From assembly GCA_005879785.1 (NCBI GenBank), contig VBJV01000045.1, positions 1 to 46,326 on the forward strand: 46,326 nucleotides of DNA, written 5' to 3'. Below the pieces are notes generated by a model, which was not told the DNA's origin, did no database searches, and saw nothing but the letters and a program-made list of their open reading frames with translations. Source of the DNA: Chloroflexota bacterium. GTDB taxonomy: Bacteria; Chloroflexota; Dormibacteria; Aeolococcales; Aeolococcaceae. The position numbers and the translations under genes are program-made. Positions 33,196 to 41,953 of this stretch are shown here, one piece after another; position 1 is the stretch's first letter, and the number at the start of each line of letters is the position of its first letter.

Positions 33196-33993
33196 ATGGC
33201 CATCCTCATGTGCCGTCCCGAGTTCTTCGGGGTGGAGTACGAGATCAATCCGTGGATGCACGTCGCGGTGAGCGTCGATCACGCGCTCGCCGAGGCGCAG
33301 TGGGAGCGCCTGCACCGAACGTACGCGGCGCTGGGTGTGCCCATCGAGCTGGCCGAGCCGGTGGCCGGGCAGCCCGACATGGTGTTCACCGCCAACGCAG
33401 CGGTCGTCTGGAAGCGCAAGGCGGTGCTCAGCAACTTCCGCCACGACGAGCGCCACGGCGAGGAGGAGCACTGGAACGCCGAGCTGGTGCAGCGCGGCTT
33501 CGAGGTGCACCGGCTGCCGCATGACATCGCGTTCGAGGGCGCCGGCGACGCGCTGTTCGTCGGGGACCGGCTGTTCCTGGGGCATGGCTTCCGCACCGAC
33601 CTCGAAGCGCACGCGCCGGTGGCCGCGCTCCTCGGCGTCGAGATCGTCTCCCTACAGCTCGCCGACCCGCGCTTCTATCACCTCGACACCTGCTTCTGTC
33701 CCCTCAACGAGAGCACCGTCCTCTTCGCGCCGGAGGCGTTCGCCCCCGAATCCGCGGCCCGGATCCGCGACCTCGTCCCGCACGTGATCGAGGTGCCCGC
33801 CGACGTGGCCGCGGGCTTCGCCTGCAACGCGATGCCGGTCGGCGACACCGTGATCTCATCGCTGGCCGCGTCCCAGCTGGAGTCGCCGCTCGAACGGGCC
33901 GGATTCAGCACGGTGGAACTGCCCATGAGCGAGTTCATGAAGTCGGGCGGTGGCGTTCGCTGCCTCTCGCTGCCGCTCGACCTCGGCGCCTGA
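33196..33993 (+). CDS. pentein-superfamily enzyme (amidinotransferase / dimethylarginine dimethylaminohydrolase-like)
   Basis: EINPWM N-terminus, FYHLDTCF, and the C-terminal catalytic Cys in GGGVRCLSL. ATG 33196 is 8 nt after GGAGGGG; the track start is GTG 33187. Confidence 0.8.
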   Translation: MAILMCRPEFFGVEYEINPWMHVAVSVDHALAEAQWERLHRTYAALGVPIELAEPVAGQPDMVFTANAAVVWKRKAVLSNFRHDERHGEEEHWNAELVQRGFEVHRLPHDIAFEGAGDALFVGDRLFLGHGFRTDLEAHAPVAALLGVEIVSLQLADPRFYHLDTCFCPLNESTVLFAPEAFAPESAARIRDLVPHVIEVPADVAAGFACNAMPVGDTVISSLAASQLESPLERAGFSTVELPMSEFMKSGGGVRCLSLPLDLGA

Positions 33994-34104
33994 CCGCTCC
34001 CCCCACCGGGTGTGCTTAGTGTGGACGCCCTGTGGAAAACAGCTCGCACACGTTTCCCAGCGCTCTCTGAGCAGACTCCCAGGAACCAGCGGGAAGATGG
34101 CAGC

Positions 34105-34797
34105 GTGAGCGAGCCGACGCGGGTGCTGGTCGTCGATGACGAGCGAGCCATCACCGACCTCGTCTCGATGGCCCTCAAGTACGAGGGATTCGCGGTGCAG
34201 ACGGCTGACACGGCCAGAGCGCGCCACGCCGTCATGGACTTCCGGCCCGAGCTGGTGGTCCTCGACGTGGGGCTCCCCGACGATGACGGCTTCACCCTCG
34301 TGCAGCGCCTGGTCAGCGACGGCATCAAGGTGCCGGTCATCTTCCTGACCGCCCGCGACGCCACCGAGGAGAAGGTGCGCGGCCTCACCGTCGGCGGCGA
34401 CGACTACGTCACCAAGCCATTCAGCATCGAGGAGCTGGTGGCCCGCATCCGGGTCGTGCTCCGCCGCCACCGTCCGGCGGGCGAGGACGGGGCGCGCCTG
34501 GCGCTGGCCGACCTGGAGCTGAACGAGGAAACCCACGAGGTGTTTCGCGCCGGGCGCCCCGTGGAGCTCACGCGCACCGAGTTCCGCCTGCTCCGCTACC
34601 TGCTGATCAACGCCGGACGAGTGCTGTCACGCACGCAGATCCTCGACCACGTCTGGGAGTACGACTTCGGCGGTGACGCCAGCGTGCTCGAGACGTACAT
34701 CAGCTACCTGCGTCGCAAGGTGGATCGCGTGGAGCCGCCCCTCATCCACACCGTGCGCGGGGTGGGTTACGTCCTGCGCGTGCCGCGCACAGCGTAG
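34105..34797 (+). CDS. OmpR-family response regulator
   Basis: VLVVDDE, phospho-acceptor VVLDVGLPDDDG, KPF, and winged-helix VRGVGYVL. GTG 34105 is the start. Confidence 0.9.
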   Translation: MSEPTRVLVVDDERAITDLVSMALKYEGFAVQTADTARARHAVMDFRPELVVLDVGLPDDDGFTLVQRLVSDGIKVPVIFLTARDATEEKVRGLTVGGDDYVTKPFSIEELVARIRVVLRRHRPAGEDGARLALADLELNEETHEVFRAGRPVELTRTEFRLLRYLLINAGRVLSRTQILDHVWEYDFGGDASVLETYISYLRRKVDRVEPPLIHTVRGVGYVLRVPRTA

Positions 34798-36202
34798 ATG
34801 TCGCTGCGGCTGCGGCTCCTGCTCATCCTCGCGCCGCTGTTCGTCGCCGGGCTTGTTGCTGCCGATGCTGGCACATACGTGGCGCTGCAGTCATCGTTGC
34901 TGTCGAGCGTGGACAACCAGCTGCACGTCGCGCACGTCAGCCTCGAGAGCGTGGTCCTGAGTCAGAACGGCGAGTTCGGCTCGCCCGGTGGGCGCCCCCA
35001 CCGGCACGTTTGCCGAGCTGCTCGACAGCTCCGGCAAGGTGGTCGGCACGCCGGTGCTGCTGGGCAGCGACCTCATCGACTCGGCAACGCACCCGGTGCT
35101 GCCCTCGTCGCTGCCGGCGGACAAGACGTTTCTCACCGTCGACGGCACGGGCAGCGTGCACCACTACCGCATCTACGTGGACAACTCCGATGACGTCCCC
35201 GGCGACACGATCGTCGCGGCCATCCCGCTCGACACGGTGGACTCCACGCTCGGCCGGCTGCTGCTCTTCGAGATCGCGATCAGCGGCGGCATCACGCTCA
35301 TCGTCGTCACCGCCACGTGGATCATGGTGCGGCGGGGACTGCGGCCGCTGGAACGCATGGGTGCGACGGCTCGCTCCATCGCCGCCAGCGACCTCAGCCG
35401 GCGGGTGACGCCATCGTCATCGGCCACCGAGGTGGGCCGCCTCGGGCTCGCCCTCAACACCATGCTCGGCCAGCTCGAGCAGGTCTTCGCCGAACGCGCC
35501 GCCGGCGAGCAGCGTCTGCGTCACTTCGTCTCCGACGCGTCGCACGAACTGCGCACCCCGCTCACGTCGATGCGCGGCTACGCCGAGCTGCTGCAGCGCA
35601 ACCCGGACATGTCCCGCGAGGACTATGCGCTGGCGCTGCGCCGCATCGAGGGTGAGGCAGCCCGCATGGGAATCCTCGTCGACGACCTGCTGCTGCTGGC
35701 GCGGTTGGACCAGGGCCGTCCGCTGGAGCGCAACCACGTGGACCTCGAGGCGCTGGTCAAGGATGCGTGCGCCGACGCGCGAGCGGCGGACGGCACACGC
35801 ATGATCAGCGCGCACGTATCGGCGCCGCTGCAGGTCGTGGGCGACGATCTGCGCCTGCGTCAGGTGGTGAGCAACCTGCTGCGCAACGCGCTGGTGCACA
35901 CGCCGCCGGGGACGCCGATCGAGGTGGACCTCAGCGCGGCCGACGGCCGCGCCGTCATCGACGTCATCGACCACGGCCCGGGGATCCCGCCTGGCCAGAA
36001 GGAGCGCATCTTCGAGCGCTTTCACCGCGCCGAACCGGACCGCAGCCGCGACCGGGGCGGCAGCGGGCTGGGTCTGAGCATCGCGACCGCCGTGGTGGCA
36101 GCGCACGGCGGGCGGATCAGCGTGTCAGAGACCACGGGTGGCGGCGCGACATTTCGCATCGAGCTGCCGCGGGTTGGTGCGGTGCAGGCGGCAGACCGCT
36201 GA
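34798..36202 (+). pseudogene. sensor histidine kinase, frameshifted between 34961 and 34995
   Basis: The TM1/sensor N-terminus is in frame 1 (ATG 34798, directly after the regulator stop). The remainder is in frame 2: TM2, HAMP, H-box SDASHELRTPLTSMRGYAELL, N-box LLRNALVHTP, and G-boxes DHGPGIP and GGSGLGLSI. The pattern is consistent with a 1-nt indel in ccc ggt ggg cgc ccc c. Confidence 0.8.
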
Positions 36203-37095
36203 TCTCAACCGCGCGCACAGTCGTCGTCGTCGGCCTGCTGACATCAGCGTGCGCGACGCCGTCGACGCCGCCGGCTCACTCCAGCGTCACAAGCGCGACC
36301 GCGACCGCGACCGCCGACCCGCTTGCATCGTGCGGTTCGCCGGTCGACTTCGCCACGCTGATGAAGATCACGCACATCAGCGGCGCTGACGACATCGCTG
36401 CTCAGTCCGATGGCACGCTGTGGGTGTCAGAGCCGGCGGCCGGGATGGTCACCCACATCAGCAGCGCCGGTGAGGTGCTGGCTCGAGTGGTGGACCCTGA
36501 GACGCCCGAGGGCGTGGTGGCGCTCGACGACGGTCGCCTGCTGGTCGCTGAGCAGACCAGCGACCGTATCGTCGTCCTGCATCCACCGTCACCGGAGCGC
36601 GCGACGCTGATCCAGCTGACACCCCGCCCCGGCGTGGACGGCGTCGACGGGCTGGGCTTCGATCCGGAGAACAGGCTGGTGCTGGTGCCCGACTCTGCGC
36701 AGGGGCGCCTGCTGAGCATCGCCGTCGATGGCGGAAGACCGTCGGTCGTGGCGAGTGACCTGGGTCGCGCCGTCGGTGCGGCCGTCTCACCCGAGGGCGA
36801 CATCGCGGTCGCCGTTGAAGCGGCATCCGGTCTGGTCCTGGTCAACCGGAACAGCGGAGCAGCGACGGCTGTCACCGGCATCAGTCAGGCAGACGACGTG
36901 GTCGCTGCCGGACCCCTGCTGTATGTGTCCTCGCTGGAGGCGCACGAGATACTGGCGGTCGACCCCGGCTCGCGACGCTTCCAAGTGCTCGTCACCGATG
37001 TCGACATGCCACAGGGGTTGGCTTCGCTGCCTGGCGATCGCCTTGCGGTGATCGATTCGACGACCGGTTCGGTCGCGCTCGTGCCGGCCTGCTGA
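36199..37095 (+). CDS. lipoprotein, beta-propeller-like (NHL/SMP-30-type repeats)
   Basis: Lipobox in (L)ISTARTVVVVGLLTSAC and repeated short beta-strand/Gly-Asp units. No ATG or GTG is available, so CTG 36199 (overlapping the kinase stop) is a guess. Confidence 0.55.
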   Translation: MISTARTVVVVGLLTSACATPSTPPAHSSVTSATATATADPLASCGSPVDFATLMKITHISGADDIAAQSDGTLWVSEPAAGMVTHISSAGEVLARVVDPETPEGVVALDDGRLLVAEQTSDRIVVLHPPSPERATLIQLTPRPGVDGVDGLGFDPENRLVLVPDSAQGRLLSIAVDGGRPSVVASDLGRAVGAAVSPEGDIAVAVEAASGLVLVNRNSGAATAVTGISQADDVVAAGPLLYVSSLEAHEILAVDPGSRRFQVLVTDVDMPQGLASLPGDRLAVIDSTTGSVALVPAC

Positions 37096-37160
37096 CTCCG
37101 CTCAGCAACCTCTGAGGCAACCCACAGGAACGCTGCAGCCGCGGGCCGCACGCTGAGGGC

Positions 37161-37736
37161 ATGTCCGACCAGCTGCTCTGGTACACGACCCGCGCCGCCG
37201 GCGCGGTGTCGCTGATCCTGCTCAGCGGTGTGGTGGTGCTCGGCCTGCTGGCCAGGGCGCGTGTCGAGCGCTCGGGGTGGCCGCGATTCCTCAGCGCCGC
37301 GCTGCACCGGGACGTCGCGCTGCTCGCGCTGGTGTTCCTGGCGCTGCACATCGTCACCGCCGTGGTCGACCCGTTCACGCACCTGGGCATCACCGCGGCC
37401 GCCGTGCCCTTCTCGTCCTATTACCGGACGTTCTGGCTCGGGCTCGGCACCGTTGCGTTCGAGCTGATCCTGGCCATAACCATCACCAGCCTGCTGCGCC
37501 GCCTCATCGGCCGCCGCGCCTGGCGCGGCGTGCACTGGCTGGCCCACGCGGCCTGGCCGGTCGCTGTCGTGCACGGGCTTGGCACGGGGACCGACGCCCT
37601 GTCGTGGTGGCTGCTCGGCATCACGGTCGTCTGCGTGCTGTGCGTCGTGACAGTCGCCATCTGGCGGCTCAGTGCCGCTCCCGTCGACCCGCTGGTGCGG
37701 GAGCGTCGCGGCGCACCGCTGAGGGCGGGCCGGTGA
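37161..37736 (+). CDS. ferric reductase-like (MsrQ/YedZ-type) transmembrane protein
   Basis: 191 aa with 5-6 TM spans and conserved His in LHRDVALL, LALHIV, VHWLAH, and VVHGLG. Confidence 0.7.
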   Translation: MSDQLLWYTTRAAGAVSLILLSGVVVLGLLARARVERSGWPRFLSAALHRDVALLALVFLALHIVTAVVDPFTHLGITAAAVPFSSYYRTFWLGLGTVAFELILAITITSLLRRLIGRRAWRGVHWLAHAAWPVAVVHGLGTGTDALSWWLLGITVVCVLCVVTVAIWRLSAAPVDPLVRERRGAPLRAGR

Positions 37737-38192
37737 GCGGCCCGGGCCTGCTCTGCGGACCCGATCTGGCTGCGGGTGCCGAGGATCTCGCTGCGCACCG
37801 CCGCCGGCGAGCCACCCGACCACGGCTGGCACATCCAGGTGGCGGAGGACAGCAACGCCCCGCTGGCGCCTGATGCTGAAACGGTCGCCATCGGCAGCAG
37901 CGGGCTGGCCACATCCAGCACGACAATGCGTAGCTGGAGGCGCGGTGGGATCACGCTGCACCACATCATCGACCCGCGTACCGGGCTGCCCGGCACGGGC
38001 CCGTGGCGCACCGTCAGCGTGTGCGCGGGCGACTGCGTCGACGCCAACATCGCCGCCACCGGCGCGGTGGTCAAGGGAGAGGGCGCGGCGCCGTGGCTGG
38101 AGCGCCTCGGCCTCCCTGCCCGGCTGGTGGATCAGCGCGGCGAGATCACGCGGCTGTGCGGGTGGCCTGCGCCGGCTGATCCAGCGCGATGA
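37733..38192 (+). pseudogene. deletion remnant: about 25 N-terminal codons of a NuoF-like gene fused out of frame to the C-terminal ~125 codons of apbE (FAD:protein FMN transferase)
   Basis: GTG 37733 (GTGA overlap with the upstream stop) reads VSGPGLLCGPDLAAGAEDLAAHRRRR, then nonsense. From ~37790 the adjacent frame reads AAGEPPDHGWHIQVAED...GLATSSTTMRSWRRGGITLHHIIDPRTGLP...PARLV, which is the ApbE C-terminus only. Confidence 0.6.
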
Positions 38193-38976
38193 GGCTGTCC
38201 ACCAGCGCCTGGTAGCGGCCCGTGTCCTCGAAGACCCCGTGCTCGGCCACGCTCGCCAGGCCCTGGTAGTACCCGGCGAGAGCCGCCGTCCGATCGCCGT
38301 CGGTCACCTCGAGGAGGTGCTGGAGCAGCAGGGACCCGGCGGTGACGTTGTCGAGCGCGTTCCAGATGTCCAGGTGGCGTCCGGCGAGGTGCGTCGACAC
38401 CCAGTCGCCGGTGCTGGGCTCGAGCTGCATGATGCCCACAGCGCCGGTCGCCGATATGGCCTCCTGGCGCCAGCGCGACTCAGCCCAGGCCACCGCTCGG
38501 ACCAGCGGAGCGTCGACGCCGGCCATACCGGCAACGTGGGTGAGCAGCGCGTTGAACCGGGCCAGCCGCCCCGGCACCACCAGCTCGTCGCCCTCGGCGA
38601 GGGGCGCGTTGACCCCGATGCCGTTGACCCGGGCCAGTGCCGTCGGGTCCACGCCGAAGTGGCGCGACGTCTCGATGACGCCCTCGCCCCGACGCACCGC
38701 GTGGGTCTCGGCATCCGGCGCGCCGCCGGTGTAGGCGGGCAAGCTGAGCGAGGCGTCGGGAATGCGCAGCATGGCCCCCGGCCGCAGCGACGCCGGGTCG
38801 GCGATGGCGTTGGCGTCGGCCAGCGCGCTCACCGTGGTGCCGTGGCGCATCGCGATGTCGCCGATGGTGTCCCCGGGGCGGACCACGTATGTGGACGCCA
38901 CCACCGACGCGGGCAGCGCGCCGGCGAACGCGGTGGCACCGATGGCTGCGGCGGCGAGGCGGGACGTGGAAGGCAT
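38146..38976 (-). CDS. secreted LysM-domain lytic transglycosylase
   Basis: From ATG 38976: a signal peptide, two LysM repeats (YVVRPGDTIGDIAMRHG..., HAVRRGEGVIETSRHFG...), and the SLT catalytic motif AWAESRW...GAVGIMQL. Confidence 0.85.
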   Translation of the reverse strand: MPSTSRLAAAAIGATAFAGALPASVVASTYVVRPGDTIGDIAMRHGTTVSALADANAIADPASLRPGAMLRIPDASLSLPAYTGGAPDAETHAVRRGEGVIETSRHFGVDPTALARVNGIGVNAPLAEGDELVVPGRLARFNALLTHVAGMAGVDAPLVRAVAWAESRWRQEAISATGAVGIMQLEPSTGDWVSTHLAGRHLDIWNALDNVTAGSLLLQHLLEVTDGDRTAALAGYYQGLASVAEHGVFEDTGRYQALVDSLIALDQPAQATRTAA

Positions 38977-39175
38977 CTGGGGTTCCTCTGCTGGGACGCG
39001 TGGGGAGTTTGGGAACCGGCCGCCCGCAGGCGACACGCTGAGGGTATGCAGCAGCCTGCGAGTGCGTCAACCCGTATCGGGCGCCGTCATGGATTCGTCA
39101 CATCCGGCCGCCCGGTGCGACGGCGGGTGCTTTTTCTGGGTCTGGTCGTGGTGATACGCTGAGGATTCAGGAGAA

Positions 39176-39529
39176 ATGCCAGCTCCAACGCTACGCCGTG
39201 GCTCGATTCCCGCTCCCGTGCGAGCGACCCTCTTCGGCGCGTTCCTCGGGCTGGTGACGTTCGCCGTAACCGCGTGGATGTGGCGGTCCGGGGCCACGCA
39301 GGCGGCGGCGCTCACCGCTGAAGCAGCGCTGCTGATCGCGCTCGGATGCATCGCCTTGATAGCCGTACTGGACGGCCCGGCCCGGCTGCGCCGGGCCAGG
39401 GTTCCCATCAACCGTGCGGTGCCGCAAGCCTGGTGGCCGCGGGAGACCGACTCGCTGTCGCTGCTCGCGGCCTGCGCCGGCGCGCCCCTCGTCATCGGCG
39501 CCGGCGCCGCGGTGCTGCTCTTCCGCTGA
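39176..39529 (+). CDS. hypothetical membrane protein
   Basis: 117 aa with three hydrophobic spans and acceptable third-position bias. The start is uncertain because a structured leader for the divergent gene abuts it. Confidence 0.45.
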   Translation: MPAPTLRRGSIPAPVRATLFGAFLGLVTFAVTAWMWRSGATQAAALTAEAALLIALGCIALIAVLDGPARLRRARVPINRAVPQAWWPRETDSLSLLAACAGAPLVIGAGAAVLLFR

Positions 39530-39554
39530 GCACCAACCAGGCGAGCCCGACCGG

Positions 39555-40307
39555 CTAACCGGCCCCCGCAGCCACCAGCGTCCGCACCGCGCCGACGGCT
39601 ACGTCGATGGCCGCTTGCAGGGGCAGCTGCTGAGGATCGGGCATCGGTTCGGCCCCTGGGCCGGAGCGATCGATGACGGCCAGCACCGCGCCGGCACGCA
39701 CGCCGCGCACGGACGCAACGGTGAGCACGGTTGCGCACTCCATCTCGACAGCGATACAGCCGGCGCGCACCCACGCGTCCCAGCGTGCATGCAGCTCTGC
39801 GGCGACGGGCATGCGCTCCATGTCGCGCTGCCCGAAGAAGGAATCGGTGGACAGGACGATGCCGGTGCGGTGCTTGGTGCCGAGACGAATCGCGCAGTCG
39901 CGCAGCGCGTTGACGACGTCCAGGTCGGCGATCGCGGGGTAGTCGGCGGGCACGTAACGGTGCGAGGTACCGTCGTCGCGCACCGCGCCGTGCACCACGA
40001 CGGCATCACCGGATTGCATGCTGTCCTGCAGGGCGCCGCAGGTGCCGATGCGGATCATCGTGTGCACGTCGAGGCTGGCCAGCTCCTCCATGCAGATCGC
40101 CGCCGACGGTCCGCCGATGCCGGTGGACACCACGCAGACGGGCGCCCCGTCCACACTGCCGGCATAGGTCGTGAACTCGCGGTTGCTGCGCACGTGACGC
40201 GCGCCGTCGAGGGAGCGCGCGATCAGCTCGCAGCGTCCCGGGTCACCCGGCAGCAGCGCGTACCCGCCCACCTCGCCGTCGTCGAGCTGCAGGTGGTAGC
40301 GGCGCAC
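39555..40307 (-). CDS. nucleoside phosphorylase (PNP/UDP family 1, uridine/purine type)
   Basis: LLPGDPGR, STGIGGPSAAICMEEL, RIGTCG, and VEMECA motifs. GTG start. Confidence 0.8.
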   Translation of the reverse strand: MRRYHLQLDDGEVGGYALLPGDPGRCELIARSLDGARHVRSNREFTTYAGSVDGAPVCVVSTGIGGPSAAICMEELASLDVHTMIRIGTCGALQDSMQSGDAVVVHGAVRDDGTSHRYVPADYPAIADLDVVNALRDCAIRLGTKHRTGIVLSTDSFFGQRDMERMPVAAELHARWDAWVRAGCIAVEMECATVLTVASVRGVRAGAVLAVIDRSGPGAEPMPDPQQLPLQAAIDVAVGAVRTLVAAGAG

Positions 40308-40324
40308 GGATCGTGGTCAGCGCT

Positions 40325-41419
40325 TCACGCGGCCAGGCGTGCGATGGCCCAGCCGGCGGCTTCGCGCACCGCGGCATCGGGGTCGCTGGCGCTCGCGCGG
40401 CGCAACGCCGTCAGCGCGCCGCGGTCACCCGAGTTGCCCAGCGCGACCGCGCAGTTGCGCGCCAGCCCGGCTCGCCCGGCGCGCCACACCGCGGTGCCGC
40501 GAAAGCGCTCGGCGAACTCGTCCTCGCTGAGCGACAGGCACTCGATCAGGTCTGGAAACGGCACGGGCCCTCGAGCGGTCGACGCGTCGCCGGCGGCGAG
40601 CGGCGCCGGGGCCAGGCGCTCGTTGATCGGGCACGCCTCCTGGCAGAGGTCGCAGCCGAACGCCCACGTGCCCATGAGCGGGCGCAGCGGCTTCGGAATC
40701 GGACCGCGGTGCTCGATGGTGAGGTACGCGATGCATCGACGCGCGTCGATGACTCCGGGTGCGACGATCGCGCCGGTCGGGCACGCGGGCAGGCATGCGC
40801 GACACTGCCCGCAGCCGCGTCGTGATGGCGCGTCCGCGGGCAGCTGCACCGACAGCAGCATCTCGGCGAGCAGCACGTACGAGCCGGCCTCCCGTGTGAT
40901 CAGCGACGCGTGCTTCCCCGCGAAGCCGATGCCGGCACGCTCCGCGATGGCGCGGTCCATCGCCCAGCCGTGGTCGACGAAGCGCTTGGCGCGCACATCG
41001 GGCACGCGCGCCGACAGCCAGTCCGCGAGGGCGTCGCAGCGTCCGGCCAGCACCGTGTGGTAGTCGGCGGGACGCCCTCCTGAGTCCAGGCACGCGTACG
41101 CCGAGAAGCGGCCGCGCGGCCGGCCCGGCTGTGGCTCGGCGCGATGCCCTGGAGCCGCGCCCGGCGCGCGCGCCGGGCGGTACGGCCAGGCCAGGGCCAC
41201 GATCGAGCGGGCCCACGGGTACCGCGCACGAAAATCGGTGGACGCCTTCACGCGCTCCGCCGTGTACCAGCCCATGCCGTCCATGCGTCCCTCGCCGATG
41301 GCCGCGAGCCCGCGCCGGCGGGCCTCGGTGAATGGACGCATCGAGGTGACCCCGGCCGCGGCGAAGCCCAGGCGCAGCGCCTCGCTGCGCAGCTCCTCCT
41401 TGAGCGCTGCCCAATCCAT
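40325..41419 (-). CDS. queG: epoxyqueuosine reductase
   Basis: From ATG 41419 (MDWAALKEEL): two 4Fe-4S motifs (CGQCRACLPACPTGAI and CDLCQEACPIN), the cobalamin-domain region, and C-terminal HEAT-like repeats. Confidence 0.85.
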   Translation of the reverse strand: MDWAALKEELRSEALRLGFAAAGVTSMRPFTEARRRGLAAIGEGRMDGMGWYTAERVKASTDFRARYPWARSIVALAWPYRPARAPGAAPGHRAEPQPGRPRGRFSAYACLDSGGRPADYHTVLAGRCDALADWLSARVPDVRAKRFVDHGWAMDRAIAERAGIGFAGKHASLITREAGSYVLLAEMLLSVQLPADAPSRRGCGQCRACLPACPTGAIVAPGVIDARRCIAYLTIEHRGPIPKPLRPLMGTWAFGCDLCQEACPINERLAPAPLAAGDASTARGPVPFPDLIECLSLSEDEFAERFRGTAVWRAGRAGLARNCAVALGNSGDRGALTALRRASASDPDAAVREAAGWAIARLAA

Positions 41420-41455
41420 GGCTTCGAGGATGCCACGCGGACTACGATCGAGCGC

Positions 41456-41944
41456 ATGAACGCGCGACGCGGCCGCATCGTGGTGGGCAGCGACATGCGC
41501 CATGAGACCGCGGACGCCGTGGCGCAGCACCTCGAGGACGCCGGCTACGACGTGGTGCGCTGCGGCGCGGTCGGCGGGCCGGACACGCCGTGGCCGGAGG
41601 TGGCCGAGCAGGTGGGCAGGCTGGTGGCGCAGCGCGCCGTGGACAGCGGCGTGGTCTGCTGCTGGACCGGCACCGGCGTGAGCATCGCGGCGAACAAGGT
41701 GCCGGGGGTCCGCGCTGCGCTGTGTGGCGACGCCGACACCGCGCGCGGCGCACGCAAGTGGAACGACGCCAACGTGCTGGCGATCGGCCTGATGAGCACG
41801 GAGGCCGGCGATGCCAAAGCGATCGTGGACGCCTGGCTCGAGACCGCGGAGGTCGACCCCACCGAAGCCGGCAACATCGCGCGGGTCGCGGAGTTGGAGC
41901 AGCGCTACGGCGAGCGCCGGGAGGCAGCCGGACCGGGCCGATAG
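41456..41944 (+). CDS. RpiB/LacA/LacB family sugar-phosphate isomerase (divergent)
   Basis: RIVVGSD, TGTGVSIAANKVPGVRAA, and NDANVLAIG motifs. The GSDHAG-type motif is altered (GSDMRHE), so the substrate is uncertain. Confidence 0.7.
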   Translation: MNARRGRIVVGSDMRHETADAVAQHLEDAGYDVVRCGAVGGPDTPWPEVAEQVGRLVAQRAVDSGVVCCWTGTGVSIAANKVPGVRAALCGDADTARGARKWNDANVLAIGLMSTEAGDAKAIVDAWLETAEVDPTEAGNIARVAELEQRYGERREAAGPGR

Positions 41945-41953
41945 CATGAGCGC

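Noticed and set aside
39047-39162. 38-aa forward-strand ORF (MQQPASASTRIGRRHGFVTSGRPVRRRVLFLGLVVVIR) in the SLT/membrane-gene spacer
   Set aside because: By my hand count, third-position G/C is only about two thirds, versus nearly all in real genes here. There is no proper ribosome-binding spacing, and the ORF coincides with the repeat-containing leader. It is more likely non-coding.
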